Below, in pieces: positions 1-13,518 of a DNA stretch of 64,000 nucleotides. Under the pieces are notes generated by a model that saw nothing but the letters and a program-made list of their open reading frames with translations, did no database searches and had not been told where the DNA came from. Made by a program: the position numbers and the translations under genes. Source of the stretch: Octopus vulgaris (Eukaryota); NCBI GenBank assembly GCA_951406725.2, contig OX597830.1, forward strand, positions 75,144,001-75,208,000, written 5' to 3'. Numbering within the stretch: position 1 is the stretch's first letter; the number at the start of each line of letters is the position of its first letter.

Positions 1-1120
1 GATAGATTTACATTTAGCAATGTTATCTTAGATAATCACTCGAGTTCCCTCCACCTGTGCCTAGCTAGACTGATGATATCACTGAATATTTGTGTATGTT
101 TAGTACTCATTGCAGCACTCGCTTTTCCTCTTTCACCTATGTAGCTACTACACCAAATAACTGCAAGTTTATCCAGTATCACAGCAAAATATTTTAATTA
201 CACTTTGAGGAATTTTTCTTCTATCAAACTCAAGATATATAATGCCAACTGTTTTATTTTCACTTAGAAAATTCTATGTAGTTATGTCAAGGAAAATGTC
301 AAAATGTTCACAAATGGTGTCTGAACTGAAGTTTACCGGGTTGAATTATTTAAAAAAGAAAAGTATCACCTAAATACTTATTGCAGGAAAATACTTCTAT
401 TTTATTTCTCCTGCTGTTATTTTCATTGATTACACAGTACACCATTGATAAAATGCTTCTAATTGAGTTTTAATCGTTCAGAAAGTGTCCGTTATCACCG
501 ACTGTCCAAGTTGATAGATGTTCATTGGAACGAAATACATTTCTTTGTAAGTTCTAGCTCAAGTTTCCGGCTGTAGATACGTCACAAGTTCCTTTCTAGA
601 TCAGGTTTCTCCCTTGAAGACATCATATTAAATAAAGGTAGTAAAATGCTTAAGCAGTGAAATACTTACAATAAAACTTGGAGCATCATACAGTTCCAAT
701 ATAGAAACATGGCGACAAATATCAAAACAGAATAATGAAGTAAATTTTAACGAGAACGCTCAGTACGAAATAAAAAAAGCTCTTGTTAGAAAAGGAATTT
801 AGAGCCGAAATTAATCACGTGTCTTATATTAAAAATATCTTAAATAATTCTAACGAAATTATTTTCTTGATTTTTCAGTCAATCAATTTGTTTAATTAAA
901 TTTACATTAGCTTATTAGTATTTCATCTTATATTTTTCTAATCATCATCAGTCATCATTCATTATTCATTGTCAACTATAGCAGCAACAACCAGTGATGC
1001 AGACCAACGTGAAAGTGGGCACACAATCGTAGTATTAACAAAAATACTTGGTAACAATACTCCAACGCTATACCTTAGAATATTAATATTAATACTAATA
1101 CTACTGCTAATAAGAATAAG

Positions 1121-1223
<103 letters not shown>

Positions 1224-1451
1224 TTAAGAAACATTAACAAAGTAAGTTAGGAACTATATGAATAAATAAGTAAATAAATAACGAAATACATATATGAATA
1301 TAAAAAAATATAAAATAAAAAATAATTATATTTTCAGAGAACAATGTTATCAGGAGTGTTTTCAAGTGAAAGAAAACAATGTTTTGAAATGAAGAGGCAA
1401 AGAAGAAAACTTATATACATATACATACATACATACATGCATACATATACG

Positions 1452-1483
<32 letters not shown>

Positions 1484-1488
1484 CATGA

Positions 1489-1525
<37 letters not shown>

Positions 1526-1540
1526 TGTATGTATATATAC

Positions 1541-1576
<36 letters not shown>

Positions 1577-2512
1577 TCCGATATATACTAACTACACACA
1601 AACACACACATACACACTTATATGTGTATATACTGATGAAATAGCAAACACAAAATGAACCACGTCGACGACAACAATAACTAGAACGACAGCAACAACA
1701 ATAACGAAGAGAACAAAGGAAAGAGAAGCAAGAGCTATGACAAAGCACTTTTGAGCATGAAAACTTCTGAAAAAATACATACAACAAAAAGTTATCTACA
1801 ATAAACTTATCTCAAAAATACGAAAAAAAAAAGTCCTTAAAGTATAATATATAATAAATATAGATAAAAATAATATAAGAAATGAATTGAAAAAGGAATT
1901 TTGATCAATAGATTGATAAACCGAAGAAGAATCAAATAAATTATCCAAAAAGGGCAAGGGTAACAAAGAACGTCGACATAAACACATCAACGAAGTTATA
2001 CATGCAATATAAGGAACGTAGCGAGACATAACTTGGGATGAATATACAAATACACATACATACATCCCTACATACATACGTACATACATACATACATACA
2101 TACAAACATACATACATACATACATAAATACATACATGCATGCTTGTGTGTGTGAGTATGTGTTTATGTGTGTATCTATGCGTATGCGTGCGTGTGTATG
2201 TATGTATGTATGTAAGCATACAGACGGAAATATATATACGCGCACGCATATAATCTATCGAAATATAATCTGTGGGAGCAGACATGAATGCATAATTATA
2301 CAAAGCCGCATATATCCATACGTATTTACATATATATACACATATTTATACAAAATATAAGCTCACGCACACATGTAACAGAGGGACTTGCTAATATGTG
2401 TGTCTGTGTGCGTGCATGCCTGTGCGTGTGTGTGCGTGCGTGTTTGTGTGTGAACGGTTTAAAACTGGAACACACACCTTTAAACATTTAATTATACAAG
2501 AAATACATATCC

Positions 2513-2552
<40 letters not shown>

Positions 2553-2567
2553 CATATATGTATATAT

Positions 2568-2630
<63 letters not shown>

Positions 2631-2646
2631 GTATGTATTTATTTGC

Positions 2647-2680
<34 letters not shown>

Positions 2681-2789
2681 GTATATATATATGCATATAT
2701 ACATACATACCCAAGCTAGCACTGAATTTTGTCATAAGGGCTTGTGTTCCTTTCGTTTCTTCCTTTGTACTTTATAGATTTTACCGATT

Positions 2790-3115
2790 TATACACCCTA
2801 CCCGCCCCCTTCTCTATTTCTTTATTTAACCATTCCCTCATCTCTGTCAATGTCACTCACATCCCTTTATTCCTTTCTCTCTCTTTCTCTCTCATCTCTC
2901 TCCCCCCTCTCTCTCTCTCTCGTTCTTCCTTTTCTTTCCTTCGCCTCATCTTCTCGGTCTGCTTTCAAAGTTAATTTTCTTTCCTCTTTCGTTGATTCTT
3001 TCTTTCTTTCTTTCTTACTTTCCTTCTTTCCTTCCTTCTTTCTTTCTTTCTTTCTTTCTTTCCTTCTTCTTTCCTTCTTTCTTTCTTTCTTTTTGCCTTT
3101 CTTTCACTTCATTTC

Positions 3116-3146
<31 letters not shown>

Positions 3147-3720
3147 GTCTCTCTCACACTTTATTTCTGTCTTCTACATCACGTCTGTCTCTCATTTTCA
3201 TATTTCTTGTTCCTCTCTGTCTCTCATCCTCCTTCACTTTTTCTTTCTCTTTCATTATCTCCTTCTCGTTCAATATTTTACCGCTCTCACTTCTTTTCTA
3301 AGTTTTTTTTAATACGGACTTTCTCCCTTTCTCTCTCTCTCTCTTTCTTCCTCTTCTCTCTTTTTGTCCTCATTCTTTTCATTCCTCTCTACTACTCTTT
3401 CTCTATCTCTGTCTCTCTCTCTCTTTGTCATTCTCTATCTTCTTCTCTACCTCACTTCATCTTCCTCTCACCCACCATTTTCCATCACTCTTTTGCATTG
3501 TCCTCCCTCTCTTCGATTCCCTTTCTCTCGCTCACTCTTTCTCTCTCGCTTTGTCCTCATCCTCTTTCTTTTTCTCTACCTCACTTCATCTCCCTCTCCC
3601 CCACCATTTTCCATCTCTTTCACTCTCTCTCTTTTTCTCTTCTCCCACCTTCTCTTTCTCTAACTCTCTATCTCTTTCTCCCCTCTTTATTTCTATGTTC
3701 CCTACCACTATGTCTTCTTT
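2790..3720. repeat. Long polypyrimidine (CT/CTTT-rich) low-complexity tract
   Basis: ~0.9 kb dominated by C/T on +, with an internal duplication ctctacctcacttcatc...ccaccattttccatc (~3444 and ~3573). Confidence 0.9.
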
Positions 3721-4284
3721 ACCTTTAGAATTTATTTAAAACAACAACAACAAAAACAACAACCAACAAACCCCTTCTTTCTTTGCTATCTTCTTTTGTA
3801 CTCAATTCTACTGTACAACATCCTGTACTGCGTGTATTGTTTCGATACAATCCATTGTCAACGATATTCAGAACACCCGCCTTCGTTTGCCAAAATACTG
3901 GCAACAAAAATGTTTTGTAAAGTCGCAAAAAAGACAACAAATACAATAATACCAAGCCATCAACAACAACAACAACAATAATATGAACAAGAACAACACT
4001 AACAAGAAAATGCAACTTCAATAGCATAATCCAGAGCTGCAGCATCAACAACTACAAGAATGGAACGTCCACGAGAATGAATGTAACAAATGAATCCAAC
4101 GATATATTAAAGCATTATAAGTAGGGTACATGAAGTTTCAAATTAGGGGTCACCCTTTCTTTCTTTCTCCCCCTCCCCTTCGCTCCCTCCCTCTTGTCTA
4201 TTTACTGGCATCAATATGGTAACCGGCGTAGTTTACATGATATGCTTTACTTGTCATATAGGGGTCTCCGGACTGTTGAAGATG

Positions 4285-4324
<40 letters not shown>

Positions 4325-4326
<2 letters not shown>

Positions 4327-4572
4327 TGCACCCTTTTAAAGCCTAGCCAGGCTCATGGGCCCGGTTTCTCGGTTTCTATGGCGTATGTGTTCCCCAGCTG
4401 GACGGGACACCAGTCCATCACAGCGTTACTCATGTTTGCCAGCTGAGTGGACTGGAGCAACGTGAAATGAAGTATTTTGCTCAAGAACACAACGCGTCGC
4501 CCGATCCCGGAATCGAAACCACAATCTTACGATCATGATGCTGACACTCTAACCACTAAGCCACTCGCCTCC
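4325..4572 (-). mobile_element. tRNA-derived SINE with V-domain-like body
   Basis: Minus strand starts GTGGAGGCGAGTGGCTTAGTGG (A box) ... GGTTTCGATTCC (B box). Its 3' module GATGGACTGGTGTCCCGTCCAG..GGGGAAC..GAAACC..ATGAGCC is shared with SINEs at 17869, 45271 and 49305. Confidence 0.8.
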
Positions 4573-4590
4573 ACATACACACACACATAC

Positions 4591-4639
<49 letters not shown>

Positions 4640-4692
4640 CATACATACATACATGCATACATACATATATATATACATACATACACACACAC

Positions 4693-4755
<63 letters not shown>

Positions 4756-5489
4756 AGCACACATAGATTATAACCATTTGTGTATCATAGTTAAACTCTA
4801 CACACTGTTGATTTGCTGCTTATTGCACTATGTGTCGTCAAACAAAATCGTATGGACGTGTAGTGTTTAAAAGCCATAAATATCAGAGCGAGAGGAAAAT
4901 TTGTTTTAGCAGCAGTCAGTAAGTATATCTGCATTTTGGGGTTATTTTGACGAGCCCTAAAAGGGCCCAAAATGCATCTGGCGCTCTCAGTATTTACTTC
5001 TGGAACAATTTTTCGTCTCCCTTTAATAATTTTTTCTGTTATTATTTAGCATACCTGGAGCCTGTAACAGAGACTCCAGTAAAATCAAATATAACTGCAT
5101 ATACTTGAAGTTAAAAAGGGTTCTTTTCTTTTACACCATATAACATTTAAACGTGTATTAATGGCGTAGAAAAGAAAGTTCATTCCTAGACATTTATATT
5201 GCGTACAAAGTTTTTGAAAGCTAGTAATAATTTAATCTGGTCGTATTTGAGGTATCGATACGAGGTGCTATCCAAAAATGTTAATGGTTGTGAATACCAT
5301 TCAAGATCTCTGAAACCATTGAACGGATTTTAAAGAAAGCTAAGTAGAAAAAAATATGACCCTTAAACTGACTGTAATAAACACATGTATAATTTGCCAA
5401 ACCAATAGGAAGAAGCGAGAAAGAAGAATATCATTAATTAGTGATATTTGTCAAGGCGAAGAATATGGCATATCTCTTTTCCTTTAATA

Positions 5490-6200
5490 GTTTTCCTAAA
5501 TACAGAAGCGGGAGCTTCCATATTCACTCAAAAGAGAAGTTGAGAATGTTTTGGTCGACATGTATCCTGAATGTATTTTCCATCAACCGGGGTAGGATAT
5601 ACGGAAACTTGTGTCTGGTTTACAGGGGAGATGACGAAGCTAGAATACAGCCAGAGCTAGTTCTCCACATATCTACCCAGAGACTGGCCTCACTGAAATA
5701 ATAAAATGAAATACGATGATCACAGAAAGATATAAAAATAGGAACGCCAGTCGGTGCCTTATAATCACCTTTGCAGTATATACATCCCGCTGTCTAAAAG
5801 CACCAAAATTTACTGTGTTAGAGAGCTATAGTGCTCTGAAGGTGTATAGAGGTCTATTACACTGGTGTGCGGCATGTGCAAGGAACTGTTTTAATGAATT
5901 TATTAGTTAAGGGTACGAGATGATTGTAAAGAAAAGTAAAGCAGAAGTGGATTGCAGATAGTTGTAGAGAAAGCAACAGGTCCCAAGGTGAAGGCCATAC
6001 TGGCTGCTATAATCAATATCCGTGGATTACCTCATATCATTTAATCTTATGAGCCACTAATAACAGACATCATCAGCGTTCGTAGAGTAAATTTTCACAT
6101 GCTCTAGTACAGGTCTAACCAGAGTCTACGTACAGCAGCATCACAACCTCGTCTTATAGCGATAGGCCTTGGTGAAAAATGTATAGATCTCTTGGGGGAA
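5490..6200 (-). mobile_element. Possible highly decayed CR1/Jockey-group LINE remnant
   Basis: Minus strand near 6100-6145 reads MLLY/TLVRPVLEH across a frameshift, resembling the post-RT LYKSLVRPxLEY motif. Little else is recognisable. Confidence 0.3.
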
Positions 6201-6449
6201 GATACCGATGGTGGGTGAATAATAAGTGGAGCCAATAGGCAAGCAAGCGGCCAGAAGTTACCCACAAATTCTCCTTCTACTGTGTAACGGGTCTTTCATT
6301 AATGTTAATAACCTCTCGTATTACCGGCAACGATAACACGGATTCTATGGTGCGAAAATTTTATGGACCAATCACAGGAGCCTTTTCCTTAAATAAATTG
6401 CTAGCCCTGTGCCAAAATTTGAAACCTTGATTATTATTAATGTTAACAA

Positions 6450-6875
6450 GGGACTCGCTGGCAGAATAGTTAACGCATTGAAACGAAATGCTTAACAGCA
6501 TTTCTTTCCACTCAATTCGTTCTGAGTTCAAATACCACCGAGGTCGACTTACCCTTTCATCTTCCTGGGCTTTGATAAAAATAAGTACCAGTCAAGTTAT
6601 GGGATCCATATTACCAATTAATCTCCATTCTCCGTGAAACTGCTAAACTTGCTCCAAAATTCGAGACCATTGTTGCTTTCAAAGTTCTAGCTCCAGGCCA
6701 GCAACTTCAGTGGGGTGTGTATATCGATTACATCGATCCCAGTTACTTATTTTATTGACCTCGAAATGATGAAAGACAAAGTAGACCGTAGCGAATTTCG
6801 AACTCAGAGTGTAAATGCTGACGAAGAACAGTTAAGCATTTGGTCAGGTGTGCTAACGATTCTGCCAGCTCGTCG
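6450..6875. mobile_element. Two diverged Meta-domain-type SINE copies in opposite orientation
   Basis: + copy has gttctgagttcaaataccaccgaggtcgacttaccctttcatc...aagtaccag; the downstream copy matches its reverse complement (gaactcagag...aacgattctgccagctcg). Confidence 0.75.
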
Positions 6876-7845
6876 ACTTAACTGGAACTAAAATTATCAT
6901 TAAATTAGAAAACTTGCAGAGTCGTTGGAAAGTCGGAAATTGATTGGCGGTATTGTTTTCTGTTCTTTTAAAAAGATGCCGGGCGATTATCAGATTGCCA
7001 TGAATGTTAAAATAGTTCATAAGAGACTTGTCAATGTCGTATAAAAACAATGAGAGTCAATATTTCTTGCAGTCTGAGCTTTTTCGTTACGTTTTCAAGG
7101 CCAGAAAAATGCCTAAGGACTGTTACCGATCACGTAGTTTGCTGAAAATCATTAGAACGGAGCTCGTATTTAGTTCAAATCCCGCCGATATTAGCCAAAT
7201 CTTTCATCTTTTCAGAGACCGATAAAACGTTCATGTCAAGCACTGGGGTCCAAAGAAATCGACTAAATATTCCACCTCAAAATTGTTCGTCTTGTTTCTT
7301 AATAAAAATAATTATTATCCTCTAACACCCATTGTTATGAGTGGGTCCTCTTCAACGCGCATCATGGTGGCATACAAGCAAATGTTTCTTATACTATTTG
7401 CATATAGTCATAGACTGGCAATTGTCCCCAGTTCGATTCAAACTACAACAATGGTGAAATATCGGTATCCATCACCCCTGAATGAGAGGAAAGGCAAATT
7501 GTCTCGCATGTAACTTAAAGTGCCTTGACACCCAGCATTTTGAGGGAGTCGTCTCCAAACCGCACTACACAGCGAACCGGTGAACAAAAAAATCACATAA
7601 GTTGAGTAGTTGTGGTCTATAATGTTCACAGCAGTAGCGTTGTTTTTAATTCGTAATTGAATATGTGTATGTGTGTGTTTGTTTGTATGTGTGTGTATGT
7701 GTGTATGCGCGCGCGTATGTATATAGCGTAGGCACAATATATAAAAGACCTTTTCATTTTCCTCGTGCGTCAAACTAAAACACTTGCTTGTTGTTCATAC
7801 ACGTGTCTTTGTCCTTTGTTTTTTATTTTGTTTATCTATCAATTT

Positions 7846-7927
<82 letters not shown>

Positions 7928-8340
7928 GGCGCAAGAGTGGCTGTGTGGTGAGTAGCTTACTTACCAGTCACATGGTTCCGGGTTCAGTCCCACAGCGTGG
8001 CACCTTGGGCAAGTGACTTCTACTATAGCATCGGGCCGACCAAAGCTTTGTCTGTGGATTTGGTAGACGGATAATGAAAGAAGCCCGTTGTATATATCTC
8101 TATATATATATGTATGTGTGTGTGTGTTTGTGTGTCTGTGTTTGTCCCCACCCCCAACATCGCTTGACAACCGATGCTTTCGCGTTTACGTCCCGGTAAC
8201 TTAGCGGTCAGTAAAAGAGACCGATAGCCTAAGTACTAGGCTTACAAAGAATAAGTCATGGGGTCGATTTTTTCGACTATAGGCAATGCTCTAGCATTGC
8301 GGCAGCCAAATGACTGAAACAAGTAAAAGAGTAAAAGAGT
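7928..8340 (+). mobile_element. Full-length tRNA-derived CORE-type SINE (Octopus OR-family-like)
   Basis: GGCGCAAGAGTGGCTGTGTGG (A box), GGTTCAGTCCC (B box), CORE-like ACCTTGGGCAAGT, internal (TA/TG)n, tail GAAACAAGTAAAAGA. Multiple copies in the window. Confidence 0.88.
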
Positions 8341-8384
8341 ATATATACATAGATACCTACATACATACATACATGCATACATAA

Positions 8385-8443
<59 letters not shown>

Positions 8444-8854
8444 GAGAGAAAGAGAGAGACAGAGAAAAACCCAGCTCCCACACTGTTTCCTTAACCAAAT
8501 TTACTCACATAGCATTCGTCCGACTACTGCTATAGATAGTACAAGATACTTGCCGAAGGTGCCGTGCAGCACAACCAAGACGAAAAACCATACGGTTCCA
8601 AAGCGAGCTTCTTAATGGCACGGTCATGCAAATATAGAAAAATGTACAAGCCATTTTGAAATCGAAAACCGACTTTAAAAAAATATTAATCTGAAATCCT
8701 TGTGGGAAAAATTTGTTTTTTTGTTGTAGTTTTTTTTGCTGTTTTTGTTGTTACAGTTTAACACCTGCTACATTGCTCAGTTTACTGAAGATGTAAATTG
8801 AATAAAGTTGACTGTTATCTCTAGCAGGTTGAATAACTACGTATACATTACGCC

Positions 8855-10104
8855 ATATGGGGGAAGAACTGTTCATTCCATGTCCCAGCTCCCGCTAAAC
8901 CTTGCAATGAAGAGTCTCAAATGCGCAACATTTGCAACAACTCTGCAATAGCAACAGTTCTCCAACAAACTTGCCTCATTGTTTGGGACGAGTGCACTTT
9001 CACATCGTGGAGCACCAGCGGTACTTGACTGTACCCTCCAAATAATAGTACGCTCATGGGGGGAGTAACAGTTCTTCTTGCAAGAGATTTTTTCGTTAAA
9101 CGTTGCCAGTTATCCCCAAAGGAACGAAAGCTGATGAGGTCAATGCATACTTCAAAACATCGTACCTTTGAAGACATGTGATGGAACAATATTAGAGTTC
9201 TTCTACAAGGTGATAATACGGCCTTCTTAAGATTCGTAATATGATATCAACATTCAGCTCAAGAAATTCCATGCGGTCAAATGATACTTTCTCTTTGGGA
9301 CTTTATGGATGAAGTATTTCCCAATTTATCTGTCAATTACACTGATGTAAACTGGCTATGTGAAAGAGCTATACTAGCACCAACTAATGAAATTGATGGT
9401 AAACTCAATCATCAACTTAACAGACATATCAGAAATGACTTTTCCATCAATTGACAACAGTCGATCAAGATCAGGTTGTTCAATAGCTCATTGAATATCT
9501 GAACACACTTAAACCCATTTGGATGCCACTGCATAATTTGACTCTAACACTGGGTGCTCTCACTATGTTGCTTTGGAATCTTGACCCATCTCACTTGTGT
9601 AATGGGACTCGCTTAATTATGACTTCCATGAAGCTCCATGTAATACAGGCAACAATTAGAACAGGTAGTCACAAAGGAGAATATATCCTTATTCCAAAAG
9701 TTCTTCTCATTCTTATAGTTGTTCCATTTGAAATTAAGACGCTTCAGATTCCAGTCAAACTAAGTTTTGGTATTTCAATTCATAAATCTCAGGGTCAATC
9801 CCTCAAGGTAGTTGCACTTGATCTTTCTGCTACATGCTTCTCCCACGGTCAACTCTATGTTGCTTGCTCGCAAATTGGAAGCAGCTACAATATTCATTTC
9901 GATAACATGAAATTACACAATGAATATTGTTTACCCTGATATACTTCAACATTGACAAATCTTCAGTTCAAAATTCTATCACCATTACAATTTGGCTATT
10001 TAAAAGATTAAATGTAGATATTTTGAAATAATTATGAGAATATATGTTTATACTTATTGTTTACTTATCCGAATAACCCAGGCAACGTCAGGTCATTCAT
10101 CTAG
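8855..10104 (+). mobile_element. Decayed Helitron: PIF1-family helicase remnant plus 3' terminus
   Basis: Frameshifted motifs GGRTVHS..LPL, IVWDEC, MGGVTVLL..D, LPVIPKG, WLCERAILAPTN. ORF 9523..9939 has LCNGTRL, QIPVKLSFGISIHKSQGQSL, FSHGQLYVACS. Ends with degenerate hairpin acccaggcaacgtcaggt and CTAG|T at 10101-10105. Confidence 0.92.
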
Positions 10105-10334
10105 TCTATATACATATATATATCAAAAAGATGTGTTATAATACTATTTTACAGCCATATCAAGAATCCAAAATACCTCCATCATCAGCTGCCCAGCAGA
10201 TATCATTATGGTTTCGACATCTGGGTAGTACCATTCAATCCGGCGGTAACACCGGCACTACAATAAGTGAAGTTTGGGACCAAACGAAATAAAGAAACCA
10301 CAACTTTCAAACACATTTACCTTAATCTTGCATC

Positions 10335-10880
10335 TCTTTTCTTTGTCTCAGTTGTACTGAACTGCGACCATGCTTTGCCAACGACTTGAAGAGATTTATC
10401 TGAAAGAAACGGCCCATAACTTATTTTTTAAACACGGTTATTTATTCTATCGGCTTTCCTAAACCGCTACATCACACGGACGTAAAGGAACCAGCGCCAG
10501 TTGTCAAGCGGTGATGGGCGAGCTGGCAGAAACGTTAGCACACCGGGCGAAATGCTTACCGGTATTTCGTTTGCCGTTACGTTCTGAGTTCAAATTCCGC
10601 CGGAGCCGACTTTGCCTTTCAGCCTTTCGGGGTCGATAAATTAAGTACCAGTTACGCACTGGGGTCGATGTAATCGACTTAATCCGTTTGTCTGTCCTTG
10701 TTTGTCCCCTCTGTGTTTGGCCCCTTATGGGTAGTAAAGAAATAGGTGATGGGGACGAACACAAACACAAAAACGCAAACGTATACACACATACATATAT
10801 GATGAGCTTCTCCGGTTTCTTTCGGTTTCCGTCTAAATTATTCGCCAACAAACTCCAAAGATGCCCCTGTATAGCCTCGG
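10335..10880 (-). mobile_element. CORE-type SINE (diverged), interrupted by another SINE
   Basis: Matches the reverse complement of the 7928 family (actgcgaccatgct...ttgtcaagcg...tttccgtct...tatagcctcgg); split at ~10518. Confidence 0.75.
10519..10744 (+). mobile_element. Meta-domain-type tRNA SINE nested in an older SINE
   Basis: GAGCTGGCAGAAACGTTAGC..GAGTTCAAATTCC..GCCTTTCAGCCTTTCGGGGTCGATAAATTAAGTACCAG..AAAGAAATA; flanked by GGTGATGGG at 10510-10518 and 10745-10753. Confidence 0.88.
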
Positions 10881-11389
10881 TTCAATTACGGAATCAAGTG
10901 TAAGCGTAAAACTATAAGAAAAATATTCCAGCAATTTCACAATCTAGCATCCCTTGCAGCATCCGCTTCATGGGAATAGATTACACGAACTGCGAAAAAG
11001 AGATAGGGGGAAGATAGGGATGAGAATGAGAGCGAAGGAGAAAATCAGTGCTAATTACAATGAATATATTTGAATATATTACGTAAAACGAGATTTGATT
11101 TTGTTTTAACGTAATTAGCAGAAACCAATTTATCAATTTAATAGAAGAGCATCATTTAAACGGTTTACTATTATTATTAGTACTATTCATTTATTTATTT
11201 ATTTGCTTTATTTAGTTTTAATTGTTTCTAATGCCCTCTGTTTTTCATGTTTTTTCTGTTTTTATTTTATATTGGTATCATATGGAGATCCAACAGTGGA
11301 CCTTAAGCTTTAAGTGGATAATCTATGGGATAATCTAAGATTGCTTAAGAATGAAATGATTAAGAAGTAACTCAGTAAAAATCTAAGGC

Positions 11390-11735
11390 TTCAGTCGGCC
11401 CAAAGCCTTCTGAGTGGATTTGGTAGATGGAAACTGAAACAAGCTCATCCTATTCCCATAAAGCGGATGATGCAAGGGATGCTAGATTGTGAAATTGCTG
11501 GAATATTTTCCTTATACTATGTGTGTGTGTGTGTTTGTTTCTGTTTTTGTTCTCCACTTCCGCTTGATGACCGGTGTTGGAGTGTTTACGTCCCAGTAAG
11601 TTAGTGGTTCGGTAAAAAGTGAATGATAGAATTACTACCGGGCCTTAAAGAAAAAATGCCACCGAGGTTGATTCGCTTCAGGTGGTGCCCCAGCATGGCC
11701 GCAGTCTGATAACAGAAACAAGTAAAATATAAAAG
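11390..11735 (+). mobile_element. 5'-truncated CORE-type SINE with a 67-bp foreign insert
   Basis: caaagccttctgagtggatttggtagatggaaactgaa ... gtgtttacgtccc ... cagcatggccgcagtc..gaaacaagtaaaa; insert at 11450-11516. Confidence 0.8.
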
Positions 11736-12099
11736 ATTCCAAGCAGTTGGACTAAACCCAGAATATTGTGGCTGAGAAGCAAGATTCTTTCCACACGCAG
11801 CAAACGTAAAATCATATTGCTCGTTCTAAAATATGCATACAACCAGAAATTTGATGACTGGTATATTTCTATTTCCCTGACGTGCGTCGTTCGTTTGTTG
11901 ATTTATTCTATCGACCCCGAAAGGATGAAGGAAAATTTGCACGCGTCGTGATTTGATCACATAACCTAATGAGCCACATAAACATCACAAAGTATTTTGC
12001 CTAATTATTAGGCACAATGTACAATAGGTTTGTTTGTTTATATTTCGTTTAATCGATAACCTATCTGCTGTTTGTTATTGATTTCTTTTGCTGTTGTTA

Positions 12100-12735
12100 T
12101 AATTGTTTAGTACCCAACTCAACCATGATTAAGTAGTCGTGTTACCAAAGAAACTCCAGCCGTGACTATCACATCTTTTGTGATATACAGCAAACTATTG
12201 AATACTTTATCCAATGAACTACGTTACACCTCTCAAAGCGTGTGATTAATGAATATTTAGCTCCTATTTCTAGCAGATATGGAGACCACATTACCCTTCG
12301 CTGGATAGTGATATTGTTTTTGATAAGAACCCAGTTTAGCATTAACTGAGCAGATCTAAGCTCATATACGTTCCGTCCGTGACCGTCCCATTTGTTATGT
12401 AACCTTGACTAGCATACGTAATACGCTGTTCCGTTTTTTTAAGTCAATTCTTTGTAAATGGAGAGTGATTTGACGGCTATATCTAGCATAGATACCGACC
12501 ACGAAGAGTGATCTAACAGTAAGCTCGGCTATTGTTTGTGTTCGTATTTAGCCCCTGGAGAATCCGCGTCAACCAATTCTCAAAGACGTTCCAGCGGCGA
12601 CCTTGCAATTTTTTTATAGCTTTGATTACATTATGCAATGTCATTCAAATTTTAAAGACAGCACGGTGTGAGTTGAAGGCGATGTAGCTGTTATTTCGAG
12701 CAGGTCACTCTACCCTATTAAGACTCCGTTGTTGA
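12100..12735. repeat. Three tandem diverged ~215-bp units of a dispersed repeat family
   Basis: Each unit has ttccagccgtgac-like and gctatttctagcag-like motifs. Dispersed copies at ~43735-43925, ~49230-49800, ~50400-50465 and ~55790-55990. Confidence 0.7.
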
Positions 12736-12905
12736 ATGTTTAGTTTATGGGATAAGCTGTCGCCCGAAATAGGAATATGGAAATTAGAAGTAAAAAATAT
12801 TTAAAAAATACATTCAACAACAACAATGCCAGTAACAAAAACTATAAAAAAGAAACAGAGATTAAAGGGTGAATGGTTTCAGAAGAGAAAGCAAGGAAGA
12901 AAGGA

Positions 12906-12980
<75 letters not shown>

Positions 12981-13442
12981 AACTGAAAACAAAATGGAAG
13001 AAAGGAAGGCAGGGAGAAGCGACAACGTGTTCAATGTGCCCTTCGCTTTTCGAGATCTCAGGATTTTCCTTGAAGAAAAAATGTGGCTGCTATTTCTAGC
13101 AGTAGTGGTAACAGTGTAAATACTCTTTTATTGGCACGATCAATGGTTGGGTCATAAGGTAGGTCAAAGTAAAGAAGAAAAGAAAAATAAAGAAAGAAAA
13201 CATTAAAAACAACCACGGCAGAAAGAAGGCAAAAAAAATAATAATAATAAAAAAAATAATAAAATAAAAATAAAAACAGAAAAAAGGCAAAGAAAAATAA
13301 AACAAACAAATACAACAACAAACACGAGTAGGGATTACTAGCTGAATAACTGCAAGAAAGAAAGGAGCAAAAACAATATATATATATATATGTATTTATA
13401 CATGTATATGTATATATATATATGTATTTATACATGTATGTT

Positions 13443-13518
<76 letters not shown>

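Noticed and set aside
2850-3728. 292-aa S/L/F-rich ORF resembling a membrane protein
   Set aside because: It is open only because the polypyrimidine tract rarely forms stop codons.
7928-8000. tRNA-like sequences at SINE 5' ends
   Set aside because: A/B boxes are present, but I see no complete cloverleaf and they continue into SINE bodies; not tRNA genes.
10913-11516. MITE interpretation of the 67-bp inverted pair
   Set aside because: A SINE runs collinearly across the right repeat, which is incompatible with it being an element terminus.
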